Shown piece by piece: positions 23,495 through 35,190 of a DNA stretch of 64,000 nt (position 1 is the first letter of the stretch; every line of letters starts with the position of its first letter). The stretch spans positions 10,215 to 74,214 of IMG/VR virus record IMGVR_UViG_3300050343_000135. One strand, given 5' to 3'. The notes under the pieces are model-generated. The model worked only from the letters and a program-made list of their open reading frames with translations, was not told the origin of the DNA and made no database searches. The position numbers were made by a program, and so were the translations under genes. This DNA is from a virus.

Positions 23495-24948
23495 TTAGCT
23501 AGCTTTGTACATCCAAGCCCATTTAGAAGTTGCACCATCAATTAAGTCAGTGAATCCTAATCTCTGTGAAGCCACTAAGACTCTTCTTTGATTAATTACT
23601 TCATAGTCAGATTCTACTGTTACGCCTCTTAATCTTGGCATTACGTAGTTTCTTGGATTAACAGCAACAGCTGCGAACTTAGATACTGCTGGTGTAGCGA
23701 ATTCGTCACAAAGAAGTACTCTTGAACCGAACACTTGTCCAATTTCACCAGATAACTTAGTTGCCATGTCGCCAACTAGGTTAGCGTCTTGGAACTCTGT
23801 ATCTTCTAGTAGTTCGTAGTATGATCTTTGTGAAACAATATACACTACTTCTTGATGGATTAACACCATATTTACCCATGTTCTTTCTCATTTCAAGTAA
23901 GTCAGTTGCTACAATTTTATCAGTTGCAAAAGCAGTTGCTGATTGTGTGTAGTCACTGTCATTTCTTGCTAAGTGTAGTAAACCTTCGAAAGAAGCTCCG
24001 CCAGTACCAAATACACCGTCAGCGTCATCACCAGCTAGGATTGAGTTTTCAATTGCTCTAGCGTGTGATCTTACCATTGATTCTCTAATTAAAGGAAGAA
24101 TCGGTAAGATTGCATCTTCTTCAGTTTCATTACCTAGGAATGATTGAGAGATAAGTTTTTTAGTTGAAAGAGTTCTTTCAGCCATAGATACCCCAGCATC
24201 GTCACCATAAGTAGCAGACCTCATATCTAAGTTGTCATTTGCTACAGCAGACCCTGAAGTAAATTCAGCGTAACCACTATCTGGTAAGATTGGGATAATC
24301 ATGTTTGCAGAAGTCATTGGTACTTCTCTAAATAGAGGAGCTAAGACTAATTCATTTTGAATATCTCTTTCAATATTTAGTTGAAACGATTTGCTCGAAA
24401 TCAGCTGATGAAACATTTACACCTGAATGAGTGTTAACTTTTTCCATCACATTTTTAGCAACTTCACTGTCCCATCCTTTACCAGTAGCTAAACCAGCAA
24501 ATTTTGCGTCAACGATATCTTGCTCAAAAGTTTTCTTCCAATCGCCTTGACCGTTTCTGTCTGAGAAATGTCTTTTTGACTCTCTCATTTTTACGATTTC
24601 TTCTGATTTCTCAGCTAGTTGAGATTCGAGTCCTTTAACAACTTGCTCTAAGTTAGAGTAGTCTTCTTTAACTCTAGACTCAACATCATTCATGAGCTTC
24701 TCAGCTCCTGTTAGTCCAGCTTCAACTATAGTTTTAGTTTTTTCCTGATCTGCTTCTTCAGCAGCTTTTTGAACTTCCGCTTCGTCAGTTGCTTTTTGAG
24801 CAGCTTCTTCTGCAGCCTTCTGTTCAGCAGCTTTTTGTTCAGCTTGTTTCATTGCAATTTCAGCAGCTGTATCAGCAGCTACTTGCTTTGCGAATGCCTC
24901 AAGATTGAACTCTGAGTTGCTTTCAGGAGATTTATTTTCTTTTGACAT
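23495..24948 (-). CDS. Major capsid protein (HK97 fold, T5 pb8-like) with N-terminal scaffold domain; two read indels
   Basis: ATG at 24948 with GGAGA RBS; coiled-coil AEQKAAEQK scaffold; FEQIVST..IERDIQNELVLAPLFREVPM, ETEEDAILPILPLIRESM, QRRVLVASQRLGF. Confidence 0.9.
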
Positions 24949-25536
24949 ATTTGTCTCCATGTTGTGGGATTCCTCCCTTCCTGGCTGCTCAACATTAACA
25001 GCGTCTGCTGATTCTGCTGGGTTAGCCTTATAAAAAGTTTGCTTATACTTGTTGTATTCTTCCATGCTATCAAATGACTTGCTTAAGCCAAAGGTTGCCC
25101 CTTGGTTGCAAGGCACTGATACTACGGAAACTTCAAAAAGCTCTGCGTCCTTTATCTTGTATCCATCGGTTTCAGTCATATAATCAGCGTCCTTGACTTT
25201 GAAACCAACAGAAAAAGCTCCAAGGACACCGTCTTTAATTAATTGTGTTACATCACCTGCAGCTTTTGATATCTTTGCAGATATCTCTAAACCGTTTTCT
25301 GTAACTTGTAAATCTTTTGCACGACCAATAGGTTTGTCGTAGTTGTGATTGAACAAAATAATTGGATTATTTTTGAAATTTTCTAATCCACCTTTTGTCC
25401 ATGCTCCACTTTCAATAATATCTCCAGCTCTATCAAGTCCGTTTGTACTTGCGGAACCTTTAATATCTATGCCACCATCATCAGTTTCACCTAATGCTTT
25501 AAAAGTGCTAGTCCAATGATAAATCTTATTTGACAT
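24949..25536 (-). CDS. Prohead protease (HK97/T5 pb11-like), in frame with the capsid gene
   Basis: DRAGDII, NPIILFNHNYDKPIG, FSVGF, ELFEVSVVSVPCNQ; no stop before the capsid ATG. Confidence 0.9.
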
Positions 25537-25790
25537 CTTTCTTCTCCACTTTCTTCTTAGCAGGTGCTTTTTTCTTAACAGGTGCTTCTTTTACTTCTGG
25601 TGCAGTTACTTCTACTGGGTATCTTTTTGAGACTACACTAAGTACTCTTCTCCAAGAACCAAATGCTCTTCTTAATAAGTAATCTTTAACAGGAACATCA
25701 TTCCCTTTTGCTTTATAAGCAGGCAAATCCATAGGACCGCCTTCTTTTAAAGTAATCGGAAAGAGCTTTTACCATCATATCTTTTGTCAT
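25526..25790 (-). CDS. Small head-region protein with a Lys/Ala/Pro-rich tail
   Basis: Between portal and protease; LRRAFGSWRRVL...APVKKKAPAKKK; N-terminus in another frame. Confidence 0.55.
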
Positions 25791-25792
25791 AA

Positions 25793-27012
25793 TTATTCTT
25801 CCTCGCTTGGGGCAGCCTCTGTAGGTCTACCTCCTTGTTCTGGATTAGTAGCAGAGCCTGCTATATTTGCAGGTACTCTTGGCTCATCAAATCCATCCAC
25901 AGGTTCTTTTCCTAATGCTTCTCTAGCTTCGTTAGCACTTAATATGCCTGTATTGACTAAAGTAGCATAGTATGCTGCCTGGTCTCTCAATTCTGGTTGT
26001 AAAGCAGGAATCCCTGTTACATCTTCAGACATTGAAAATCCAAAAAATCTTTCTAAAGCATAACTAACTTTTTTAACTATTGGTAGTATAGTTTCTAAGT
26101 AGTATAATCTATGGTTAGGTCTTATGTTTGCGTTATTACCTCCATCCATTAAAATTGATGGTATTCCCATAGCTTCTAGTATAATTCTTTCATTTGACTT
26201 GATTCCTTCTTGAAAGTCTAACTCTTTAAAGTTAATTTCTGTCAAGTTTTCTACTTCAAGTCCGCCATCTAAAAATAGAGGTCTTCTACCTCCAGATTTA
26301 GGGTTATATCTTGCAACCCAGGCTTGTAACATTCTTTCTTTTATCTTTTCAGAAAGAGTGTTTGGTGATTTTTAGTACTAATCCTGGAACTGCTCCATTC
26401 TTAAAAAAGTTATCTTGGAAATCTCTCATGCTTCCTAGTAACTGCATAGTTCTGAAAGCTGGTTTTAATCTTGGTACTCCTCTGTATATTGAGTTGAAAC
26501 TATTTTCTTTTATATGTATAATTTCATCAGGACTGTAATCTATTGAGTTGTCATATGAGTATCTTTCTACGTAGGTTTTATCATCTGTGTAAATTCTTAC
26601 TTTATCTGCAGGAAGATGATATAAATGTGCTCCATCAAAATAAATAAAGATGTTTCCATCTATAAGTAAATCAATTATAAGATTTCTTTTAAAAGCACTT
26701 ACATCTTGAAAAGGGTTTGGCTCTTTGTTAATAAGTAAATCTACTTTTGACCTACGAATATTTTTTAAAACATTTGTAGTACCTACTATCTTTTCTCCGA
26801 CTAGCAAAAGGTATTTCTGAAACATCATCAACAATCATATTTACTGCTCTATTAACAATTTCTAGTTGTTCATAAGCATTTCTATAATTGGTAACTACTT
26901 CACGAGAATCAATAGTCATACCCTCATTTCGGGATATTACATACTGAGCAGGATTAAGTTTTTCCTCATCTACTATGGGAGCTCTACCTAATAATCTATC
27001 ATACCATGCCAT
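25793..27012 (-). CDS. Portal protein (HK97 family, T5 pb7-like), split by indels
   Basis: VNRAVNMIVD, PNPFQD..FKRNLIIDLLIDGN, FFKNGAVPGLVL, GILSANEAREALG. Confidence 0.9.
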
Positions 27013-27370
27013 ATTTGTCTCTCTGCTTCTCGACCCATCTTTTTTGTTTCTCTGCGTGTATCAATTTGGGTCGTTTTCCATAAACTGAATGTAACTTCAT
27101 ATGGTGACTATGGCAGAGTGTGACTGTATCCTTGTAAAGTTCTGTATAGTGTTCATCAATAAAGGCTTCTCGAATCTCTAGTATTTCTTGTTCGTTTTTA
27201 ATAATTAATTTTTTCTTTTTTATCCAAGTTTCTAGTAGTTCTGTAAGCCCGTGATAGTGATGAAAATCTAACTGTTCGGTACTTCCACAGATATAACAAT
27301 CGCTTGATTTTTTATATTGTGATTTCGCTTTATCTCGTACGTATTTAACTAAATCTCTTTTGAAATTCAT
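26999..27370 (-). CDS. HNH endonuclease (T5 nicking-endonuclease position)
   Basis: CYICGSTEQLDFHH...VTLCHSHHMKLH; lies between terL and portal as in T5. Confidence 0.85.
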   Translation of the reverse strand: MNFKRDLVKYVRDKAKSQYKKSSDCYICGSTEQLDFHHYHGLTELLETWIKKKKLIIKNEQEILEIREAFIDEHYTELYKDTVTLCHSHHMKLHSVYGKRPKLIHAEKQKRWVEKQRDKYGMV

Positions 27371-27389
27371 ATTTCTACTCTTAATTAGA

Positions 27390-27419
27390 ATTATACCAAA
27401 AACATACAGCAAATGTCAA
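27390..27419 (-). promoter_or_regulatory. Late promoter for the head/tail operon
   Basis: TTGACA-18 nt-TATAAT with extended -10. Confidence 0.75.
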
Positions 27420-27441
27420 GAACTGTTTTTTGCAGGTGTTA

Positions 27442-28744
27442 CTAGAACGTTGTGGCTGTAGTTTCAAATGTATATAACGCATATCGCATAGCATCAGCCA
27501 TATGGGATGCCATGTTATGTTTTGGGTTTCTCTTTCAATAAATTAGGGTTGGGATCCCATTGATATTGGTCTAGGGATGATATGGCTTCTTTGCAGTTTG
27601 GTTTACAATAAGGTCATCATTATCTACTATGCCTGCTACATGACCTATTCCATCTAATACTGATTTTTTGGCGTTTATAGTACTAATATCATAGTTTTGT
27701 GCAAAGTCGTATCTTGTTTGTTGAGCCGCAGAGTCAATATAAATATAATCAATATCCCATTTTTGAATTAATTTTTGGATGTGTATTGCGTGCTGTTCTG
27801 TAGTTCTTTCTGAGTCCATATACTCGTCTAGAAGATAGTATTTTCTTTCATCCCAGTCATATGCAATTACACAAAAAGCTGTAGGGTCTTTGTACCCTAC
27901 ATCAAGTCCTGCAAAAACATCCATATTTTTAACATCAATTTGAGATAAGTCTGCTATACATTTTCGTGATTAAATGCCCATACCTGACCTTCATAAACAT
28001 TAAAGTCTGCCATATACTCTTGGCAAACTCATTTGCTGACATTGTCTTTTTTGCTTCTATAATATCTGATTCTGATACACGAGGATTCTCATGATAAGTT
28101 GCTTTTACGGAGCACCACTCTGGAAACTCTTCGCTGTACCCTCTGTAGTAAAACTCTGCAAAATAATTATTTCTACCCCTTGGAGTAGATATAAAGATTG
28201 CTTTTGAGTTTTCTTTGTCTAGTGTGGGACTGTAGTGCAACATTGAAAGCATCCCTCCCATCTGTAGAGCTGCCTCATCGAATATAATGAGATCGTATGA
28301 CTTCTACCCACAACTGAATCAACTTGGTTAATGGAACCCATACGAATCGTAGAATTATTTGAAAGTTCAATAACTTTATCTTTTGCATTGTCTCTAAGTA
28401 CCTCTAAATCAAAATGTTTAATAAGATTTCTTTGTAAATCAAATGAGATTTGCGATAATGAATAGTTAGGTGACATTAATAGTACATGACTGTTCAGGTA
28501 CTAAACAAACTAGTTGTCCTATTATATTTGAAATGTAAGTTTTGCCTTGACGACGAGAAACAGCCGCACAAACAAAACGATATTTAGGATTGTTAACAGC
28601 ATTTATAATTGCTGTTTGGGAAGTGTTGGGCTTAATACCTAGTAGATCTAGATAACCCTCAATAGGTAGCTTTACAAATCTATCCTCAGAAGGAATGTCC
28701 ATTAAGTACTTACTTTCTATGTCTGTTCTGCTTATCTCTATCAA
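27442..28744 (-). CDS. terL: Terminase large subunit (T5-like), split by indels
   Basis: Walker A VSRRQGKT, SPNYSLSQISF, ISTPRGRN, nuclease GLDVGYKDPTA, SHMADAMRYALY. Confidence 0.92.
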
Positions 28745-28977
28745 TGTATTGTCTCAGGTGGGAATATGTCGTTATAGTCATCAGAGTCTTCTAATAGACC
28801 TGAATCTAAGAGGATATTATATAAGTAACAGTAAGAAGCTGAAACATGCTTTAGCTTCTCTTCGGAAGGGGATAGTTTTCTTTTCTCTGAAGCATCCATT
28901 AACTGGTTCAGAAACTTGTTAGCGTAAGTTATGTTCTCTTCTAACCATAACTTTCTGCCGTCTTGTTTTGCGCTCAT
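28741..28977 (-). CDS. Hypothetical protein
   Basis: 78 aa, translationally coupled to terL. Confidence 0.6.
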   Translation of the reverse strand: MSAKQDGRKLWLEENITYANKFLNQLMDASEKRKLSPSEEKLKHVSASYCYLYNILLDSGLLEDSDDYNDIFPPETIH

Positions 28978-29313
28978 TTTCTACGTTTTAGTCCTCTAGT
29001 ATTTTTGTGATTTCGGAGGTAACTTCTTAGATCCTCCTTTACCTGCCCAGAATACTTTATTTGCCCAGTAAGCCGCGGACGACTTACCTTTGGCAATATT
29101 TTTTCCGTGTCGGGCTTTGAAGCTTTTTCTAGCTTCAGGACTGTAATTGTGTCCCATGCCTTGTGCACCAAAGCGGATGATTTTCACCTTTCCGCCAACT
29201 CTAACTCCTACTACAGCTTTCTTTGTTCTGTGTTTAGGTGTTCTTTTAGGTTTATTAAGTCTAGAAAGCCCAGCTCTTTTGAGCCTTGCTTTTTCTGCTT
29301 TTGTTAGTGCCAT
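28974..29313 (-). CDS. Small, highly basic protein
   Basis: KPKRTPKHRTKK...KIIRFGAQG...ARKSFKARH...SAAYWANKVFW. Confidence 0.75.
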
Positions 29314-29547
29314 TAGACTCTCTTACCAAATCTCGCTCTTGGGGGGTTTGTAGTCTTACCATACCTTGGTCCAATAGGTTTAGCTGCAGCTTTGTATCTC
29401 ATTGCTTCTACACCGTATGGATTTTTAGTATTAACCAAAGCTCCTGCTGCTGCATTCATATCTCTGGTAATTCCTCTTTTTAGTTTATGTTTTCTGATCT
29501 TCTGGGTATTGTGTTTCCCAGTAGGTCCTTGTAAAAAAACCTGCCAT
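29313..29547 (-). CDS. Small basic protein (one homopolymer indel)
   Basis: AAGGAGAG RBS; MAGFLQGPTGKHNTQKIRKHKLKRG...RARFGKRV after removing one base from the A7 run. Confidence 0.55.
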
Positions 29548-29563
29548 ATTTCTCTCCTTTTGC

Positions 29564-29849
29564 TTAGCGTTTACGTCTAGTAGTACGCTTCTTTCTTTTT
29601 GCGAAGGTTCTTACCATTGTAGGCTTACCTCCGACTCCTTGTTTAACAGATCTTTTCCTGCGAATTGCTGAACGAATCTGTGTTTTAGTCATTCTAGCGG
29701 CTTTGGCTCTTGGTACACATTTGGGATATTTTCCTTTCTTGGAAGTTTTACGTCCACAAGGCATGTATCCACCGCCTTTCTTAGGTCTTCCATATATCCA
29801 CCCATTTTTCTTTAAACCATTTACTTAGGCCACCTTTAGGTTTTGCCAT
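29564..29849 (-). CDS. Small basic protein (one indel)
   Basis: MAKPKGGLSKWFKEKWVDI joins PCGRKTSKKGKYPKCVPRAKAARM. Confidence 0.7.
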
Positions 29850-30040
29850 TATTTTCTCTTACGTCCAGTACCCATACGATACCTTCCGCCTTTGGCTTTG
29901 TATGTTTTTACAAGCCAGCCATTAGCATACGCTGATGGATATACTTTAAACTTGCGTTTGGCTTGTGCCTTGATCCTAGCATATAGCGTAGGATTTGTAG
30001 GCACAGGCTTTTTCTTAACTGCTTTTCTTTTTCTTGGCAT
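29849..30040 (-). CDS. Small basic protein
   Basis: MPRKRKAVKKKPVPTNPTLYARIKAQAKRKFKVYPSAYANGWLVKTYKAKGGRY. Confidence 0.75.
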   Translation of the reverse strand: MPRKRKAVKKKPVPTNPTLYARIKAQAKRKFKVYPSAYANGWLVKTYKAKGGRYRMGTGRKRK

Positions 30041-30041
30041 T

Positions 30042-30290
30042 TTACTCTGGATCGCCTGGAACCCAGTATGGATGTTCCCCATCCACATTCTCTAGCATTT
30101 CCATGGCCTCTGCGGTATAGTCCGCAATGATTTTATTTGGACCTTCAAATTCGACACCAGCTGTGTCCCATTCAACAGTTACAGTTAGTTCATTACCATT
30201 TATGGCAGTAACTCTAGAGTCTCTCCATGTTCTACGATTACCGTTCTCATTTTCAGGACCGTATATTCTCCATAGCTCATTAATCTCCAT
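30042..30290 (-). CDS. Small acidic hypothetical protein
   Basis: 82 aa, coupled to its neighbours. Confidence 0.55.
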   Translation of the reverse strand: MEINELWRIYGPENENGNRRTWRDSRVTAINGNELTVTVEWDTAGVEFEGPNKIIADYTAEAMEMLENVDGEHPYWVPGDPE

Positions 30291-30474
30291 CTAAAGTGTC
30301 CCAATTTAGTACTCTAACATCTATTGCAATGTTTTCACCAATCTGATTCTCATCAAAAGAGTCCTCTTCTATTGTCATATGGAATGCAAAATCATCAATA
30401 TAATATACAGTACCGTCTTGGTACCCATTATCATTGTATGCTCTTACGTTGTGTCCAACCTTCGGCAACGCCAT
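30280..30474 (-). CDS. Small acidic hypothetical protein
   Basis: 64 aa with an AGGAG RBS. Confidence 0.55.
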   Translation of the reverse strand: MALPKVGHNVRAYNDNGYQDGTVYYIDDFAFHMTIEEDSFDENQIGENIAIDVRVLNWDTLDGD

Positions 30475-30612
30475 TCTATTCTCCTATATTCTGAGTAGTA
30501 ATTTTAGCGTCTTTTTGAGCTTTAATCATAGCATCTTTGATGTCGACTTTGCCATCTCTGTTCTGGTCTTTGCCTAGTTATGATGTTCCATATAATTCAT
30601 TAAATATTCCAT

Positions 30613-30756
30613 TTACTTTTTCCTTTTTAGTATTGCTCTCTGTAAGGCTTTAGGAAGTTTTTTCTGCGCTGCAGTTAAACCCTTCTTCTTTTTACCTTTT
30701 CCTTTTTTCTTTGGTCTTCCGACCTTTGAACCGTATGTTCCTTTACCTCTTGGCAT
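30613..30756 (-). CDS. Protamine-like 47-aa basic microprotein
   Basis: MPRGKGTYGSKVGRPKKKGKGKKKKGLTAAQKKLPKALQRAILKRKK; GGAGG RBS. Confidence 0.7.
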   Translation of the reverse strand: MPRGKGTYGSKVGRPKKKGKGKKKKGLTAAQKKLPKALQRAILKRKK

Positions 30757-31015
30757 GATCACCTCCCCATAGTCCTTTCGGACACTTTGCCTTTTTTATT
30801 TGTACTTTTAAAGGCATGTAACATTTACATATGTTACAATAGTTAAACTTTGGCACTAGTTCTGGACACTTTCTTACAAATGTCAAGTCTAGCCTGTTGG
30901 TTGACGTGAGTAAAATCTAGCGTGCATCTTTCTGTATTGTAGCTTACGCCTACTCTTGTTACCGTCTATAGTCTCTAAACATATGTATCTACCTCTCTTT
31001 TCTTGTAGTCAAGTA

Positions 31016-32882
31016 TTATTTTTCGATGGTATATATTTTAACTGGTTCCGATTTTCCTTTTACAGTTACATTCATCTAAAAACTTATAGTCAAATCCATC
31101 TACTAAACTGTGTTCAGATATTATTAAATCTGCATCATAGTTCTTACAACTTGATTCTAACCTAGCAGCAAGATTAACAGCATCACCCAGAACGGAATAG
31201 TCAAACCGAGTACTACTACCAAAGTTTCCAACAACGCAGGCCCCGTATTGATTCCAGCTCCTGTGTTAATTTGGTCAAGGCCCTCTTCCTCTAAGTGTTT
31301 CATTTAATTCTCCTAGTGCTACTCTCATTTCAAGATAGCTGCTTCTGTGGCTTTTCTTTCTTGTTCTTCTACATCTAGAGGAGCGTTCCAAAAGCCATAA
31401 TGCAATCGCCCATATATTTATCAATTGTTCCTTCGTGTTTAAGAATTATCTCAGTCTGGTTGTCTAGAAAACGATTTATAAGTCTGTGTAAGACCTTGTG
31501 GGTCTGATTGGTATTTTTCAGAAATTGGTGTGAATCCTCGAATATCAGAAAAAAGAAAAGTGAGTCGTTTTGTCTCCCCACCCAATCTCAGTAATGTGAA
31601 GGGTCTTTTTGTAATTTTTTTACCAAAGCAGGGCTAACATACGTCCCGAATTGTTGTTTAATTCCATTCTCAAGAAAACTGCGTAATGAAATTCCTGAAA
31701 GTTATGATAGCTCCAGAATAAAAACCCGATAAAATTGTGCCAGAAACGTCAAACTAAGTAAGAAGATTTGTACATTTCCAGGGTTAAAGTATATAAGGCC
31801 TCCAATAGTAAGTGCTAATACTGGAAGTGACAGCCATATACGAGATGCTGTAATCCAAAGTAATAGTAGAGCCAGAAGGGCGGCTCCTAGCTCTACTGCT
31901 ACACTCCATGTCGGTTGATGGATGGGCTGTTTCCTTCTATAAGTGAATGAAGTACGTTTGCTTGTATTTCATGAGGGTATACTGCTCCTTGTGCTGTAGG
32001 CACGGGATTGGTTACACCTTCAGCAGTTACTCCAAAGATAACAAAGGGAGCAGGTATAGGATTCTCCATGTACTCTGCTGCAGTTTGTCTATAGAAAACA
32101 TTTTGTTGAATCCATACTCTTGCGTTTGCGTCTGTATGTATAAGTGGATAGTTTGGTATACGTACCCATTCTATGCCACCTTCGCTTGTCTTAATTTGAT
32201 AACTTGGATCACCGACACCAACTCTCAACATCTCTAACGCAAAAGAGGGATATAATCCGTCTTGGCTACTTACGACTACGGGAAGTCTTCGTACGACTCC
32301 GTCTACTTCTGGGCTTGAGTTTATTAGTCCCTACGCCTTCTGCTGTTACTTGTAACTTTGGTAGTTGTCTTAAAATTCCGGGATAGTTGAATAGCCATTC
32401 TTTTGGGTCACCTCCTAGTTGAGCAGTACCTACATGAGGCCCTGCTTTTGATGCCTGTGTTGAAGCTGCATAAGCTAAAACACTTGGTTTATTTGATAGT
32501 GAGTAGGCAAGTGTGTTGTCGTACTCAATACCGCGTAAGTCGGGATCGGGCATGAGAATCGTAAAACCGGGAACACCCGATGTCATGTCTATCATGCTTG
32601 CGAATAGGCTTCTTGGTAGTGGATAACCTCCGTAGGCTTCTACTATCTCTTCATCTAAATCTACAAGAAGTATGTTTCTCGTTTTGTAGCATGTTTCTGT
32701 TAAATTTGCACCTAGACATGCTTCAAAGATAATTCGTAAATGTTTCCATTATAGTTCAAGGAGAAAGTATTAGGAACTTGTTTATCCTCAAAATGTTTAG
32801 TCTCTTTTAAATAAGGGTTCCAGATTAAGTATTTATGTAGTCCTTCATGAGAAAATATCGTACTATTATCAAGTTTGTTCAT
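31016..32882 (-). CDS. CHASE2-domain class III adenylate/guanylate cyclase, heavily broken by read indels
   Basis: CHASE2 fragments ([38 protein letters not shown]), TM segment, and cyclase core [59 protein letters not shown]. Confidence 0.85.
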
Positions 32883-33096
32883 ATTAGATCCCATCCATGA
32901 TTTGCTATAGCGTTAAGTATAATAAAGATACAAGTTGCCATATGTGTAAACCACCAAATAGTTCGTATGATAGCTATCTTATCTGCTTGAGAATCAGTTT
33001 CTCCTACTTTCTCTCCAAGGGACTTTAGCCCACAAGTCTCCAGTATTTATTCATTGTCTATAATTATTTTTGTATTGTTTATTACGGCTAAAGTTA

Positions 33097-33396
33097 CTAG
33101 GAAGTATTGGCAAAGAGTACAAAACTTTCATCTTCTTCCCAAAATATTCCTCCGTATCTTGCAAGTTCAGTCCACACTAATTTATGTGCTATAAGTCTTG
33201 TCAAAGAAGGGTCTGCAGGTAAAAAAGGATTTGCTTCTGATGCGTAGCCTTGTTGTACTGCATGATAAGTAGTAAGTACATCTAATGTATTGATTACAAA
33301 GTAGTACTTATGACTGGGTCTTTCAAAGTCAATTCTCATTTGGAACTTGCTACGTTCTATGAGTTTGCCGTCTATCTCTATTTGGTATAGTCCCAA
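33097..33396 (-). CDS. Hypothetical protein
   Basis: NTLDVLTTY...GYASEANPFL motif. Confidence 0.55.
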   Translation of the reverse strand: MGLYQIEIDGKLIERSKFQMRIDFERPSHKYYFVINTLDVLTTYHAVQQGYASEANPFLPADPSLTRLIAHKLVWTELARYGGIFWEEDESFVLFANTS

Positions 33397-33402
33397 GGAA
33401 GA

Positions 33403-34542
33403 TCAACCTCCAGATTGACGGATGCGAATAGTGGATTGACCACCAGAATTAAGAATAATGTTATATGCTTTACCATCTTGCTCAATTATTATATTATAGC
33501 TTGTCTCACCATTGAGATCTAAGTTGTACTGATTGTGATGACGCTACGAATAAGTAGTTATCTTTTCAGCGTCCCCAAAAGTTAGTAATTTGTGTAGTTG
33601 GATCTTGTCCAAACAATGTACCTTGTATATCAAATTCTGAAAAAAGCTTGATGCTCCTCGTTGTTCTGCTATTGCAAGAGCATCTAGTTCTTCGATAACT
33701 TCTAATAAGTCTTCGAGAAAGTTTACATCTAAGTAATCTATATCAAGTTCATTAAAAGCTAAGTTATCTTCTGTCAAGGTAAGTCTATATCTAACCCGTC
33801 GTAAGCGAGGTAATCGACATCAAGAATATTGTCATGAGAGTCATCATTTCCAACTCTGTCCTGCAATTCATCTTCTTCTTCATTTTTAGGAGGGCTTACT
33901 ATAAGCATATTGTCTATGATGTCTAAAGTGATAAGTCTAGTATCATTGGTTTGTAGTTGGTGTACTTTCCCACATACTAGTAACAGTAGATTCATAAGGT
34001 TTATTTAATATGACTTCTCCCATAGCCTGTTGCTAACTACAATCTCACCTGAGGGAAGTCCCGTATTTGTGTCTGGTAAGTAAGTATTACTAAACTTCTA
34101 CCCAACTCATCTACAGTAACTGTGAAGTCAGTTCCACGAATTGCAATACTGTGATGTTGGTGTTTCGAGATCTTAATATTTTTCTTTATTAATCTTCACC
34201 AATCCACCTGTTATAAATCGTGCTGTTCCACTTGCAAACTTTCATCGACATCTGTGACTTACTAGGGATTGGGTCAAAGATTACTTTGTCTATTATAAGT
34301 TTACTGTGTTCTGTTAGTCTGACTACTGAATTGTCTAGGAATGTTATACCTACTCGCCCATTAGCTGTACGTACATCATCCATTTGCTCAATGTCAAATC
34401 CTAAGTCCGTTTCGTAGGGCTTGTCTCTAAGTACTTGCCCTACTCCACGTAGTTCTGTAATGCTTCCTATATCAGCATGAAGTGGTAGTCCCACCATCAT
34501 TCTGAATAACACAAATATTGCTATTGCTCGCATTACTTTCAA
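33403..34542 (-). CDS. FecR-domain protein, split by indels
   Basis: Signal peptide, IGSITELRG, DDVRTANGRVGITFLDNSVVRLTEHSKLII, IAIRGTDFTVTVDELG, acidic linker. Confidence 0.8.
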
Positions 34543-35189
34543 TTTTCAACCAGTCGGCTGCTAAAGTTGACTGCTGTTTAATAACCGCAGTATTACTACT
34601 CTCCCTCTAAGTCGAGGTAGAAGTATTTAGCATCGCTTGAACTAGCTCCATATCCGGATTGGATAAAAGTTAAGTTATTGCTGTCTCCAAGAATATCCAT
34701 ATACATAGTAGCATAATCTAGCATCTATGTCTACAGTTGCATCATTACTATCACCATCGATAATCCAATCAATGTCTAAGTAACTTGCTCCTGAAACTTC
34801 TGCAATGTCTATATCTGCAATGTTGAAGGAACCAGTGACATCAATGTTAATATCATTGCTGTCTGCTGTGTTTAGCCCGGTTGTGTCCATGCTAAAGTCC
34901 CATTCATTGGAGTCTCCATCAAATTCAAAAAAGCCAGTAAAGTTATCACCAAATATTCCATCGGTGAAAAACTTATTAGAGCTTCCTATTTGATTGATGT
35001 CGAGTGTCATTGTTGATCCATTTAGAATTGCTGCTGTCATTGAACCTGTAATTGCATCATCACCACCAATTATATTGCTAGATCCGAGCTGTTCAATATC
35101 AATAGACTTGCATTATCTCCTGTCTGGTCAATATAGATTTCGTTGTCTGCGAACAGACCAATTGATAAAAATAAGATTAAAAACCTCAT
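34472..35189 (-). CDS. Secreted curlin-like beta-repeat protein
   Basis: Signal peptide then DNEIYIDQTGDN, IEQLGSSN, INQIGSSN, FDGDSN, VTGSFN, IDGDSN repeats; directly downstream of csgG. Confidence 0.65.
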
Positions 35190-35190
35190 C

